Source: Vitrella brassicaformis CCMP3155 (taxonomy: Eukaryota; Protista; Chromerida). Taken from it: 64,000 nt of DNA. A program made the translations under genes and the position numbers. The notes under the pieces are model-generated. The model ran no database searches and was not told the origin of the DNA. It saw only the letters and a list, made by a program, of their open reading frames with translations. This document shows positions 1 through 12,420 of the stretch, one piece after another (positions within the stretch are counted from its first letter, which is position 1; every line of letters starts with the position of its first letter). The stretch lies in the NCBI GenBank assembly GCA_001179505.1, contig CDMY01000301.1, positions 65,474-129,473 of the forward strand. The letters run 5' to 3'.

Positions 1-618
1 CCTCCGGGCGGCTGTCGTGTGTGTTGGCACTGGGGCGGCTGTGGGCATCGTGACATGATGTGTGGGCGGGGGTGCAGGTCGGTGAGCGAAGCGGGCGCCA
101 CTTGCGGCCGCAGGAGGCCCCCAGCAGCCGGTGTGGAGTGGCGGGGCGAGCGGGGGGACCGTGATGTGATGCGTAAGTGCGGGTGGGTGACTTGGTGGCG
201 CCACTGGCACGAATGTCACTGCTGGTGGCGGGAGGGGGGCGCCAGGAGGAGGCGTCTCGCCATGCTGCGGTCTTGTTCGCGTCTCTTCGACCTCACCGTC
301 GCCATCGTTACACACCCCCGCACTCTCATGGTCGTCCTCTCGGCTCAACTCGGACCAGCTGTCGTCTGGAATGAAATTCGGCAGCTCTGTCGACAGAAAA
401 CGGCGAAGGGCGGATCGCACCTGCATCAATCAATCCATGCATTCACAGAGACAATCAGACAATGAGAGAGGGAGGGGCGGCCGTGGGCCCCTGTGGTGGC
501 GTCGCGAGGACGCCTCACGGCATCGGCATTAGCACGCTCGATGATCTCCACAAGACGCCAGTGCACGCGGATCTCCTTGCAACGCTGCAGCAGGGACCTG
601 GTCGCACACCACACATCT
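1..618 (-). repeat. Diverged tandem copy of 1081-1718 (3' part of the kinase-like locus)
   Basis: 1-618 aligns to 1081-1718. The offset is 1080 at the start and 1100 at the end, with substitutions and a ~20 bp indel at an exon/intron junction. The copies flank an N-gap. Confidence 0.9.
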
Positions 619-918
619 NNNNNNNNNNNNNNNNNNNNNNNNNNNNNNNNNNNNNNNNNNNNNNNNNNNNNNNNNNNNNNNNNNNNNNNNNNNNNNNNNN
701 NNNNNNNNNNNNNNNNNNNNNNNNNNNNNNNNNNNNNNNNNNNNNNNNNNNNNNNNNNNNNNNNNNNNNNNNNNNNNNNNNNNNNNNNNNNNNNNNNNNN
801 NNNNNNNNNNNNNNNNNNNNNNNNNNNNNNNNNNNNNNNNNNNNNNNNNNNNNNNNNNNNNNNNNNNNNNNNNNNNNNNNNNNNNNNNNNNNNNNNNNNN
901 NNNNNNNNNNNNNNNNNN
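619..918. other. Assembly gap (300 N)
   Basis: Run of N. Confidence 1.
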
Positions 919-2808
919 GGCCATGCCGCCCACCAGTGGACCAGCGCAGCTGTGTGTGGCTGCCGATGGCCTTGCGAGTGCCGCTGGGGCGAGGAGAGGT
1001 GGGGCGACTGCCGTTGTGGGCGGGGCGGGGGCGGCACACAGCTGCTGGCCTCCTCTGCTGGCGTCGGGTGGTCGTGTCGGCCTCCGGGCGGCTGTCGTGT
1101 GTGTTGGCACTGGGGCGGCTGTGGGCATCGTGACATGATGTGTGGGCGGGGGTGCAGGTCGGTGAGCGAAGCGGGCGCCACTTGCGGCCGCAGGAGGCCC
1201 CCAGCAGCCGGTGTGGAGTGGCGGGGCGAGCAAGGGGACCGTGATGTGATGCATGAGGGCGGGTGGGTGACTTGGTGGCGCCACTGGCACGAATGTCACT
1301 GCTGGTGGCGGGAGGGGGGCGCCAGCAGGAGGCGTCTCGCCATGCTGCGGTCTTGTTCGCGTCTCTTCGACCTCACCGTCGCCATCGTTACACACCCCCG
1401 CACTCTCATGGTCGTCCTCTCGGCTCAACTCGGACCAGCTGTCGTCTGGAATGAAATTCGGCAGCTCTGTCGACAGAAAATGGCGAAGGGCGGATCGCAC
1501 CTGCATCAATCAATCCATGCATTCACAGAGACAATCAGACAATGAGAGAGGGAGGGGCGGCCTTGGGTGTGGGGGAGTGTGGGTGTGTGCGTACCGCTGT
1601 GGTGGCGGCGCGAGGACGCCTCACGGCATCGGCATGAGCACGCTCGATGATCTCCACAAGACGCCAGTGCACGCGGATCTCCTTGCAACGCTGCAGCAGG
1701 GACCTGGTCGCACACCACACATCTTGGCCCATGTCTAACGCACGCGGACCCTGCACACACACACACACACACACACAGACAGAGAGACACACACACGCAC
1801 ACAGACAGACAGAGAGACATCCAAACACACATCCACACACACGAACAGTCACGCGTCTTTCTCTTCCTGTCTGGCTGGCTGTCTGGCGTCGGTCGATTTT
1901 GTGAGTTAGTGCGCGAATGGGTACGTACGTCATCGAGTGGTCCTTCCTGAGCCGGTCGAGGTCGATGAGCACCGCCTCGCAGCCGCCGCCAACCGACTCA
2001 CGCAAACCAACATTCGCCGCCTGTCGACAAACAAATACATACATGAGACATGGCTGGATGACGGGATGGATGGGTGGGTGCACTTGACGCGACGCACGTA
2101 CACGGATGTCGCCATGCACCAGTCGACTGGTGGAGTTGTCGCTCTTGAATGGCCGCAAAGAGACCGTCAGCGACAGTCCCGACGGTGCGCGTGGCCTCCA
2201 GTGTGGACACCGCCGACAGGTCCAGGTCAATCAGAACTCCTGCAGACACCGACAGACAGACAGACAGAGAGAGAAAGAGAGAGAGAGAGATGGTCATGAG
2301 TCACTCATCCATCCATCCATACGTCTGTCTGTCTGTCTGTCTGATGCAGGCTGCTCCCTGCTTACGTACGTACCTTCGATCCATTCCATCTTGTAGGCCG
2401 TCAGGCGCTCGCCGTGGGGACCGGCGATGTGATAGACCTCTTCGACGCTGACCACGTCGGCGCACCGCGGCTTTTAAGTTACCGCGCGGCCGCCGGCACA
2501 ATGTCAGCCATAGGTCGTTGCCGGTCCGCAAGTACTCGCCATCCTGTGTGTCGACATGCCGACACGTGCAACCAACACAAGACCACACAAGAACCAATCG
2601 GTGCGCACCCACCACACCATCTCTCGCCACACCCACCCACCCAATCACTCACGCACCTGTGCGCCAGAGTCGTGCTGGTCACGCAGAATCTTCACAGCCC
2701 AGCGGCGTCCCCCGCCGTCGCGCATCGCCACGACCACACCAAAAAGCGGCCGAAACGCGCCCCCGCGCTGCCGTCCAGAGACAGACCGGCCTCCCTCTCC
2801 AACCAATC
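919..2808 (-). pseudogene. Atypical protein-kinase-like gene, apparently frameshifted; 3' end runs into the gap
   Basis: Spliced pieces give RRWAVKIL (~2690), YKMEWIEG (~2372-2395), LVHGDIR|AANVGL (~2101-2122 and ~2010), AVLIDLD (~1960) and QDVWCA (~1720), then a Pro/Ala-rich tail. The frame changes near 2120 between FAAIQERQLHQS and LVHGDIR. Confidence 0.55.
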
Positions 2809-5116
2809 CTGCAGACAGACAGACAGACAAGCAAGACAGAGCAGATGTTTGTGTGCAGGACGGCGACGTCCAGAGGTGTCTTGCTCGGCTCTCTTTGACT
2901 GGCTGAAGCACTCACCACTGCAACATTCGCCCTCTTCAGCTCCGCGGAATTTCAATCTGATTCAGGGGCTCTCCTCTCTGCCTGTGCGACGCACGCGGAC
3001 ACACAGACACAGTCACACGCACACGCACACGCAGACACACACAAAAGGACGGGACACGCACTTCGATCCCTTCCCCGTGCCCTTGTCGTCCTGTGCTGAC
3101 TTCTCTCACCGTCATCGACGAACCAATGCTCCCCCTTATCAAAAGGGAGCATCAACAGGGTGTCATCATCTCGTACATGGAGAGTGCAGGGACTTGGCTA
3201 CCCCTGGATTTCGGAAAAAGGCCAGATCTGCAATAGTCTGCGTGTCGTGATGTCGTGTTAGAGAATTCACAAGTGGCCGGGATTCTTTGCGGGCGGTGCA
3301 AGCGTGCCAATCAGATGGCGGCTTGTGGTGTGAGTGGTAATCATGTTGAGTCACAGTAAAACAGCACACATGCACAGCAGTCTCGAATTGCGAAAACAAA
3401 GTCAAACAATCACGTAGCAGTCCCACCAGTGGTCATGAAGTCAGACAGACAGGCACGGACAGACAGACAGAAGGCACAGCAGGCAGCCGGCTGTTTGAGC
3501 CAATTCATCAGAGAGGGAAGGGGTGGCATACACTCACCTGTACGTACGTACTGCCTGTCTGGCCTTCCTTCCCTTGTCGGACAGTGAGTGCCAGGGGGTG
3601 GGTGGCTGTGTCTCAAGTCTCTGAGTGGACGAGGAGGCATATCATATGATATCGTACCGTGTCCACGTGCACTACTTGCTCAGAGACCACTGGACCGACC
3701 GACCAAGAGAAGGCAGGCAGGCACGGCAGCAAGGCCGACACACACGCAGTGCCCCAGCAAACAGCCAAGGAAGCGGTCATAGGCAAAAAACGAGGACATA
3801 CATCTGGGTGGTTCTGTTGTCGATAAAAATAATGTGCGCCGTGTCCCTCGTTTCATGTGTGCCTTGCCTGTGCATCCATCCATCCAGCTAACAAGCCAAA
3901 GCAGCAGCCAAAATAGGTGGGGCAACGAGTGAGTCTGGCTGGCTGGCTGGCTGCTAGATACAGTTTCCTACTGCCTGACTCGGGATGGGTCCACACCGTG
4001 CAAGGTGAGACATTCCGACGGACGAATAAGGAGTGATGCCAATCCAGGCAGAGGCAGGCAGGCAGGCAGAGCGGAGTGTAGTGGAGTGGGGTGAGCCTAT
4101 GGGCCAGCCAGACATGGCTCGTGTCCCTTTCTTAGAAAAGGGTTGGTTGGTTTATGTACACACAAAAGCTGAGAGAAACACTTCACGCAGCTCAGTTAGT
4201 CAGTGAGGAAGTGAGTGGGAAGTGTCACCATGTATGTATGAGCCAGTCAGTAAACACGCACAAGAAACCACTCATTCCCCCCCACACCACACCCACATCG
4301 ATAGGTAGGGAATGAGTGAGTGTGAGGGAGTGAGTCAGCAATCGATGCAGTCAGTCAGTCAGTCAGTAGACATATCGACACCCCTCCCTCCGCCCCTGCC
4401 CCTACGTTCGATTGTATCGATCGTGCCGCGCCGCCGCCCGTGCGCTCGCTTCGCTTGGAAGCGTTCACATGTGGCGCCGACTGACTAACCTGCACCATCC
4501 ATCAATCCATCTCTTTACAGGCCCAGCAACAAACCACACAGACCACCCAACCGCTCGGAATCTTTACATTCACGCACTCGCCAGCCATGTAGGCAGTCAG
4601 GCAGGTACATAGGTCAGGCCGGGGCAGCCAGGCAGGCAGGCAGGCGGACAGTCAGGCGGGCAGGTAGGAAGAGAGCATCAGTCAGCAAAAGACAGGAAGG
4701 CATTTGAATGGCCACACACCCCAGCCAACACTCACATCCCTTCGGACAATCCTTCAATTGTGTTACCCCCTCTCCCCCAGCCGACAGCACACGACTAAGC
4801 TCAACTCATTAGGCACAAAATCAGCATCAGTCAGTCATCTATCCATTGATTGATTCGATCGTATCCTGAGCTATTTAAGCAAGCAGCGTAGCTAGCTATA
4901 GCTGTTCATGGATTAGGCGTTTGCATGTGGGATGTATGTATATGGATGGATGTCTGTATTTATGTATACGGACGCCATGGGCAAGTAAGTACGCAGTTCG
5001 ACAGGGAGACAGAGGGAGGGGAAGGAGGGAGGGAACGAACGGGCAGGTTAGGTAGGGCAAAACCAGGAAAATTTCTCTACGGGACGCCAATGCACTGGCA
5101 CGGCCAATGGGTAGCG

Positions 5117-7027
5117 TTACGAGCACCTGCACACAGACACACACACACACACACATACATACAGACGCAGTCAAGTGAGTGCGTGAGTGCGGCTCCCTAC
5201 TTGATGCAGAGATCAAGTGCTGCGTCATGGTGGACGATCTGGGACAGGCAGCCGGCTATCAGCTCATGCTCCTGGACAGACATATCACGCACACAGACGG
5301 ACAGCCCATATGTCAGTGCAGTCAGTCGTCACATGTGGTAATGTGGTCCGTCCCTTCACCGGACGGACGCATACATCCATGGTCCGTACCTTTTGGAGCT
5401 GGGCGATCTCGGGGCGCTCGACAAACTTGAGCGACTTAGTCCGGCAGTTGGGCATGCCGCTGACACCACAGACAGACAGAGACCAGGCGTACCGACGACA
5501 CAAACGAGCAAGGGAGACATGAGTCCACATGGTACGCAGATCTGCACAGCCTGCCTGCCTGCTCGTTGTCTGTCTGTCTGTCTGTCTTGTCTGTATCACC
5601 CACCTGGTGACATGGAGAATGGCTTCTCTCTCATGCGCACTATCACCGAATGAGATGACGTTACGACGGCACACCGAACTCCGCTCCGAGTAGAACTTCC
5701 CGATCTCGCGATCAAACGCCTTGGCCTGAGTGAAACACACACCAACACGGACGGCATGGGAGATCATGTCCGTCGGTGTCCACCACCGCTGCCACGTCTG
5801 TCCCTGCCTCGCTCCTCCGTCCCTGTCTGTGTATTTGTGTGCCGCTGTCTGCCTGCCTCTCTGCCTCTCTGGTGTTCGACAGGTGGGTAGGTGCCTCCCT
5901 CCCTCCTGTGGGTGCTGTGTCGTGTCGTGTTGCGTTGTGTTGTGTGTGATGTGTCCCTCCCTCCCTCACCCCTGCAGGTACCTACCTTCCACTCGAAGGG
6001 TGACTGGAACCCCTCAGGCTCGAATGTGCTCCTGGCGGAGAGGATGCGGTACTGAGTGACTGAGTCGTAGAGGGAGGGCATGAACTTGCGGCAGGAGAGT
6101 TCGATCCAGCCCTGCTCGGCGTTGGTGATGATGACCACCGTGCCCATGGACGCCGCCAGCTCCAGGGTGCGCTTGGCGCACTCCGCCATCGAGTCCAGGT
6201 GCACCTGCAGGTCCTCGCTCACCACGCAGTCGTTGTCCAGCCGCAGCGACTTCTGCGTCAACCACGTGCTCGGCATCAACGTGTCGTCCTGCACACACAC
6301 CAACCCACACGCCATACACATCACGCCACACACCACACACCATGCACCACACACCACACACCACACCACACCACGCGGCAATTCCCAGCTGTGTTGGCCC
6401 CTCGGTGCCTCCCCTGTCCTGCCCTCCCTCCCTCCTGCTGACTGACTCACCCAGTCAAAAATGAAAATGGTGGATTCTGGAGGGAAGCCTTCGGGGGACT
6501 TGTCATCAACATCCCCCGAACTGTGGTGGCCCTTCTCCATATCCATAGGCACCGTGGAACTGCACACACACACGACACAGCCAAGGACAGGACAAGACAC
6601 CGAGTGAGGGCATTGGCTTCGTGTCTGTACTTCCACCGCTCCACATCCCAGCCCCCGCCTGTCGTGTCTATCTGCGTATCAGTCACTGTCCCTCGTCCGT
6701 CCGTCCGTCCGTCCGTCCCACACGTGTCGTGTCATCCCTCCCTCCCTCCCCTCCCCATCCCACGTCATCCCACCCCTACCGACCTGGTGGATGCGTCATC
6801 TTCGGCGTCGAGGAAATCTTCGTCATCGCCGCACCGCAGGTCGCTGGGAGGGGGGGATGAGAGCGACTGCCCACCGTCTAACCCGCTGGGCAGGTCCGCC
6901 TCCGTGACGATTTCAACGGGACTGAGAGACACAGCAACGCCAACACACACGACACACGGCGTCCGTCAACCTCTTCCCGGGTGGTCCTTGACGCCGCTTA
7001 CGCGATGGGGTTCGCACAGGTAGCCAT
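5117..7027 (-). CDS. HAD-superfamily hydrolase-like protein, multi-exon
   Basis: Spliced product MATCANPIA|PVEIVTEA... with IFIFDW|DDTLMPSTWL (motif I DxDDT), VIITNAEQGW (motif II), FEWK and VISFGDSAHERE (motif IV), ending ...LDLCIK|CS*. Junctions are canonical GT-AG. Confidence 0.75.
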
Positions 7028-7192
7028 CGCACACGGAAGAGGACGCTCCACCAGAACCAGGTACTCGTATCTCACTCACAAGGCGATGTACTGACCACTA
7101 TCTCCACACGCCGTGCTGTGTGTTGCGGGGCCTGTGTGGCCTTGTCTTCCGGCGTGCGAGATAGGAGCCGCTAGGGAATCGTCCAACACTCA

Positions 7193-7200
7193 AGCTCGCA
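7193..7200 (+). promoter_or_regulatory. AGCTCGCA motif, ~165 bp upstream of the HAD-like gene
   Basis: Exact motif instance; see finding on motif recurrence. Confidence 0.45.
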
Positions 7201-7571
7201 CAGCTTAAGGCCGCTGTGAAACGAACGATGACGGGACGACGTGAACGATCGGTGAAAGATGATGCAGGCATTCTGCGTTACTCAAGAGGACTGACAGCAA
7301 GGAGGGGCTGCGTACGAAGACCTTGACGAAGACGCTTCTGCGCATGCCTGTGGATGCAACTACCTCGTGAATGAATCTTCAATGTTCGACGCACTATGCA
7401 ATGAGCTTACAACGCGTGTCTACTGACAAACAGCCCACAAAGTCAACCACCGATCGATTTGCAGCATGGTTTATCTATCTATCTATTATCTGCTGGAGAG
7501 CACACCAAGCGCTCCTTACGTCTACGCACCCATCCATCCATCCACCGCCTCCCCGCCCTCCCGCCCGTCAG

Positions 7572-10500
7572 TCAGTGTCGGGAGAGGAAGTAGTTGACAG
7601 AGAGGCAGGCGAGGATGATGATGAGGGCAACACCCAGCAGACACACGCACCTGCAACACACCACAACCAACATTCAGGACGGCGAGGGACATTTAGCAAA
7701 GTACGCTACGCCGGAGGGGCGGGTCTTTTCTTGCCGTGCCTACGTGCGAGTGTTGCGCCTCCTCTGATGCAGGCGAGCCACACGGACCTACAAACATATG
7801 ATGGCGCACCGAATCACCCAACCGGACTGCCAGTGATTTTGTCCTGAGGACGAATCTATCTGTGGTCTGTCTGCTTACCTGTTCGAGCGCCTGGGCTGTG
7901 CGGTCACTGGCGTGCCGCATGGTGCTCTCTATGCTATCTGTGGTCACACACACAGGTAGCAAACACGAGGTAGGCAGGCCCCTTGTGGCGTCAGTGGGTT
8001 CCGTGCATCCATCAATCAGCCAAGTGGGCTGGGTTCCTACCGATGTAGTTTTGCTGCTGGCCCACATGCCAATTCAGTTCCTGATACAACTGATGAATGC
8101 CTGCAGCCAGGCAGGCAAGGCAGGCAGGCAGAGAGGCAATACGTACGGCAAGGAAGGTGTGTGAATGTGTTGAGTGAGCACGTGTGCGGCTCACTCACCC
8201 TGAATGTCGCTTTGTATTTGCTGAAGACCTTCCTGTCTGGCTCGGATGACATCCTCCTGCAGACTGTCCTCCGCCAGGGGCTGCAACCTGATGTCACACC
8301 CGCACCCACCCACATAGGATATGGCATCCACCCGACTGACTGACTGATTGTCTCTGCGGTGCGTCTGCTGTCGTGTCCTCTGCCTGTGTGGCAGCCACAC
8401 AAACCGGCTGCCTCCCTGCCTCCCTGGAGACGAACGACGAACCTGTGTTGTGCGAATGGGTGGCGGACGAGTTTGTCATCGACCTCTGAGGCGTGCAACC
8501 CATATGGATTCACGAACACTGGGTTGGGGACCCTCCAATCGCGCGCAGTCCCGTCGTTACTGTCGCCATCTACGTCAATAGACCCACATACGCACAACCG
8601 CACACCAAGACAGACAGACAGATACAAACAACAACGGACCACCACTCGTCAGTCAGCACGAGCCCTTCAGATGCCCGCAAATAAATGGTGTGTTCACCTC
8701 ACCCCCTGTGTATCGCCACGAAGAGCTATGGCAGTCACTGCTATCCTCATCTGCACCGCACCCACCCCACACATCCAAACCAACGTGGATTGATTGGCGT
8801 GTCTGCCGATCTGTGTGTGTCCGTGCCTGACCTCCTCCCTCCTTCCCTCCCTTTTTTTGTTCATTTAGTCCTTACTTGTGCTGGTTGCTGAGGGGAGGAC
8901 AGGGAGTGGCGATGATGATGAGTGAGAGATCTCCACATCGGTGTCGCAGGCCGAGGGCGAGTGGCGATAGTCACCCAACAACGGCTGCTGCACCATCACG
9001 TCCACCGTGGGGCTGCCCTTCACACGCGTATACCTACACACACACACCAATACATACGTACAGACGTACGTACATCACACAACACAACACAACACAGTAC
9101 AACGAGCTCCCTCCCTCCCTCCATGCAATGCGCACCCATCGCGTCGGGCGTGTGTGTGCATCCCTCCCTCCCTTCCTTCCTCCCGCGCCCGCTCACCTGG
9201 TTTGCTGGATGTTTGGTTTGGTGGTTTTGTCTTCGACGCTGAATGGGTTGGGAGGGGGGGTGTCGTGGCCGCCATTGCGACACGACGGGGGGGCCCGCTC
9301 CGTGGGGTCCAACAGCGTATACCTATCACAGAGGGGATACCATGCACACACCAACAAGACAGACAAGGGACAGGGCAGGGCAGGCACACCAGCCAGCCCA
9401 GCCACCCGTGTGCACACTCCATCCATTCAATGATCCCGGTCAGGGTGCAGTGCGGTGCTGTGCTGTGCAGTCGATCTCCCGCGCCGCGCCGCGCCCACCC
9501 TTCGGATTCTATGCTAGCGATGCGCTGCTGTGAGTCGCGGCGATGAATCACCTGGGTCAACGTGTACTTCTCTGCACGCCCAACCACCCACACACCCAGC
9601 CACCAATGAACGACGCATACAAACATGGGAGTTCACTCCGGCGGCATAGCTAGCGTAGGTGTGCAATGCAATCAATATCTCTCTCTCTATGTATCTTTTC
9701 ATCTGTACGTACGTACATACCCCTGATGACGTGCGTTTCTGCGATTCGCTCGAGGTCCTGACCAAACCAACACACACAGGACAGGCAGACGATAGATAGA
9801 TACCATACGATTGATTGTCCTTGGCCTCCGGGCTGGCTAGATACACACATACGTACTTACTTGCAAGGCCTTGGCGTATGTCGCCGTCAACTTCTTGTGC
9901 ACCAAACGGCGCTGCGACTGACACACAGAGGGAGGCAGCGGAAGGCACAGGCAGGGAGACCACGACAGACCACCAGTAAGTATGCCATGAATGCATTCGT
10001 GCGTTCGTTGCCTTGGTGGTTCAGTCAGTAGTGACTGGCTGGCTGACCCTTTCTGTCGGATTGTCTCCTGTGATTGCGGAAAAGCGCCTGAGGATACCCT
10101 GCGTCTCAAGCGCCAAATCCTTGGCAGTGTTCATCTTGGAATGCCTGACCGACCCGACCAACCCCATCCCATCCATCCCCCAACAGACAAGACAAGAGCA
10201 AAGATCCCCACAGAAGCCCCCCGTGGCCGCCTCTCTGCTGATCGGTCAGGTGGCTTACAGCGCTGCCTGGAACTCGGCACGTTCATGCGACTGGACGGGG
10301 CGAGCACACTGACCGACCGACACACACACACACAGACAGACGTACGTACATAAAGACCAATCATGAATGGCATTGGGCGTGGGTGGGTGTGCATGTGGAG
10401 GTAAGGAGGGAGGGGCCATGGAGGGTGCGGTGTGGCTTGCTTACCAGCTTACTGATCTCCGCTGTCTTGGCCTGCAACTGCACCCACACACACCGCCACA

Positions 10501-10666
10501 GACAGGGTTGAACACTCATCCAGCATCGGCGTGTCCGAGTGGCCTGCTTGCTGTGGCTGCCTGTATCTGCGTGTCTGACCTGTTGGATGTACTCCTGTAC
10601 GTGCCGGGCACCTTCGGCCGCTGCCTCCACATCCCGCGGGCTGTCAGGCTCAGCAACAAACGACAT
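7572..10666 (-). CDS. Syntaxin (Qa-SNARE, STX7/STX12/SYP2-like)
   Basis: N-terminal Habc-like helical exons; SNARE motif EDVIRARQEGLQQIQSDIQG|IHQLYQELNWHVGQQQNYI|DSIESTMRHASDRTAQALEQ; C-terminal TM CVCLLGVALIIILACLSVNYFLSRH*. Confidence 0.85.
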
Positions 10667-10755
10667 CGTCACAGTGGATGAATGAATCAAACTAGGATGC
10701 AACAAAAGGCCAGGCTCTGCCAACCACAAGAGTCGCTCTGGCAGATCTCCCAAAA

Positions 10756-10763
10756 AGCTCGCA
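10756..10763 (+). promoter_or_regulatory. AGCTCGCA motif in the syntaxin/Fused head-to-head spacer
   Basis: Exact motif, 47 bp before the kinase ATG (10810). Confidence 0.55.
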
Positions 10764-10809
10764 ATGATTTTCGGTGTCGCCAGCTGAAGGAGCGAGTGTG
10801 CGTTAGATC

Positions 10810-12131
10810 ATGGCTCAAAGCAAGTAAGAGCGATTTCCCCCTGTGCTGTGAGTTCGCAGCACGAGTCATTGGTGCGCGCTCCGCCTGTGTGTCTGTCCCT
10901 CTCAGGACCTCCCATGAGTTCTTGGCTCAGAACAAGTACATCATTATGCATCAGCTGGGCGCTGGCTGCTTCGGCAAGGTGAGGCTCCATATACTTACTT
11001 ATACGAACCGGGCTTGGCTTACCGGCTGTCAGTGCAAATGGTGATTGATGTGCGGTGGGTATGTGGCTGCACCAGGTGTTCAAGGCCCGTCGTCGCTATA
11101 CGGGTCAGATCGTAGCGCTCAAGTTCATTCCGAAGCGTGGCAAGACCGACCGTGACTTGAGCAGCCTGCGGCAGGAGATCAACATCCTCAAGCGGCTGCG
11201 GCACGACAACATCATACTCATGCTCGACAGCTTCGAGACCGCCGAGGAGATCTGTGTCGTCACCGAATTCGCACAGGGGGAGCTATTCGATGTCTTTAGG
11301 GACGAAAAGAAACTGCCCGAAAATGAGGTGGGCAGGGGTCGGTGGCTGTGCGGGTGGAAAATTCGGGCGTGTGTGTTGCGTGTGCGTCAGGTTCGTTGGA
11401 TAGCATCCCAGTTGGTGTCTGCGCTGCACTATCTGCACCGCAACCGGATCATTCACCGCGACCTGAAGCCGCAGAACATCTTGGTGGGCGCCAACCGTGT
11501 GGTCAAGGTGTGTGACTTCGGGTTCGCGAGGGCCCTCTCCGACCAGACCCACTGCCTGCACTCCATCAAGGGCACCCCACTCTACATGGCACCTGAACTC
11601 GTACAAGAAAAGTCTTACGACGTCAAAGCTGACCTCTGGTGTGAAAAACAGTCAAGGGGCCGGGAGGGAGGGAGGCAACGGGGACCTTGGCTTGGCAGGG
11701 AGCTTGCGGGCAGGCAGGCAGGCAGGCAGTCTGGCAGAAACACTCAGCCATCCAATCCACTGACCTGATGTGTGTGTGTTTGTGTGTCTTTCTTTCTGTC
11801 TTATGTGTGTGTCAGGTCGCTTGGTGTGATAGTATACGAGTTGTATGTGGGGAAGCCCCCTTTCTACACCCAGTCGCTGTACAGTCTCATTCACATGATC
11901 GTACAAAACCCCGTCACATACCCGCAGACCATGAGGTACCTACCGAGGGAGGGATACACACCACGAGGGTCGCCTCGCCACCCACCCAATGCTGTCTGTC
12001 TGTGTGGGTTGATGTGATGCAGCCCCACGTTCCGCAGTTTCCTGGACGCCATATTGCAGAAGGACCCGACCAATCGGTTGCCAACCGAACAGCTGGCCAA
12101 GCACCCATTCATCGCCACTCATGCACGCTGA
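10810..12131 (+). CDS. STK36: Fused/STK36-like Ser/Thr kinase, kinase domain only
   Basis: MAQSK|[13 protein letters not shown]|[73 protein letters not shown]|[28 protein letters not shown]. The 82-nt first intron (10824-10905) fixes the start at ATG 10810, not the longer listed ORF. Confidence 0.85.
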
Positions 12132-12420
12132 ACGGACAGCATGAGGACGTCGGTCTGTCGGGTGGGCGCTTGTAATGGTCTGGGGTGGTTCGTAGGTAGG
12201 ACGGGCGGTGGCTCTTGTGAATACATACACATCTTGATATACATGGTATCTCATGTGGGGCGGGGTTGGAATGCCCAGTCGATGCAATGTACCCAATGTA
12301 CGGATCTATGCATGTATGTATGTATCTATGTATGTGTTTATGTACGTATGTGCATGCACATCTGTGATGGATGGACGGATGGATGCCGGAGCAAGAGCCA
12401 GCCAGAAGAGAGCAGCTTAA

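Noticed and set aside
10682-10809. Longer N-terminus for the Fused kinase from listed ORF 10682
   Set aside because: The 82-nt intron puts that frame out of phase with the kinase exon; only ATG 10810 splices in frame.
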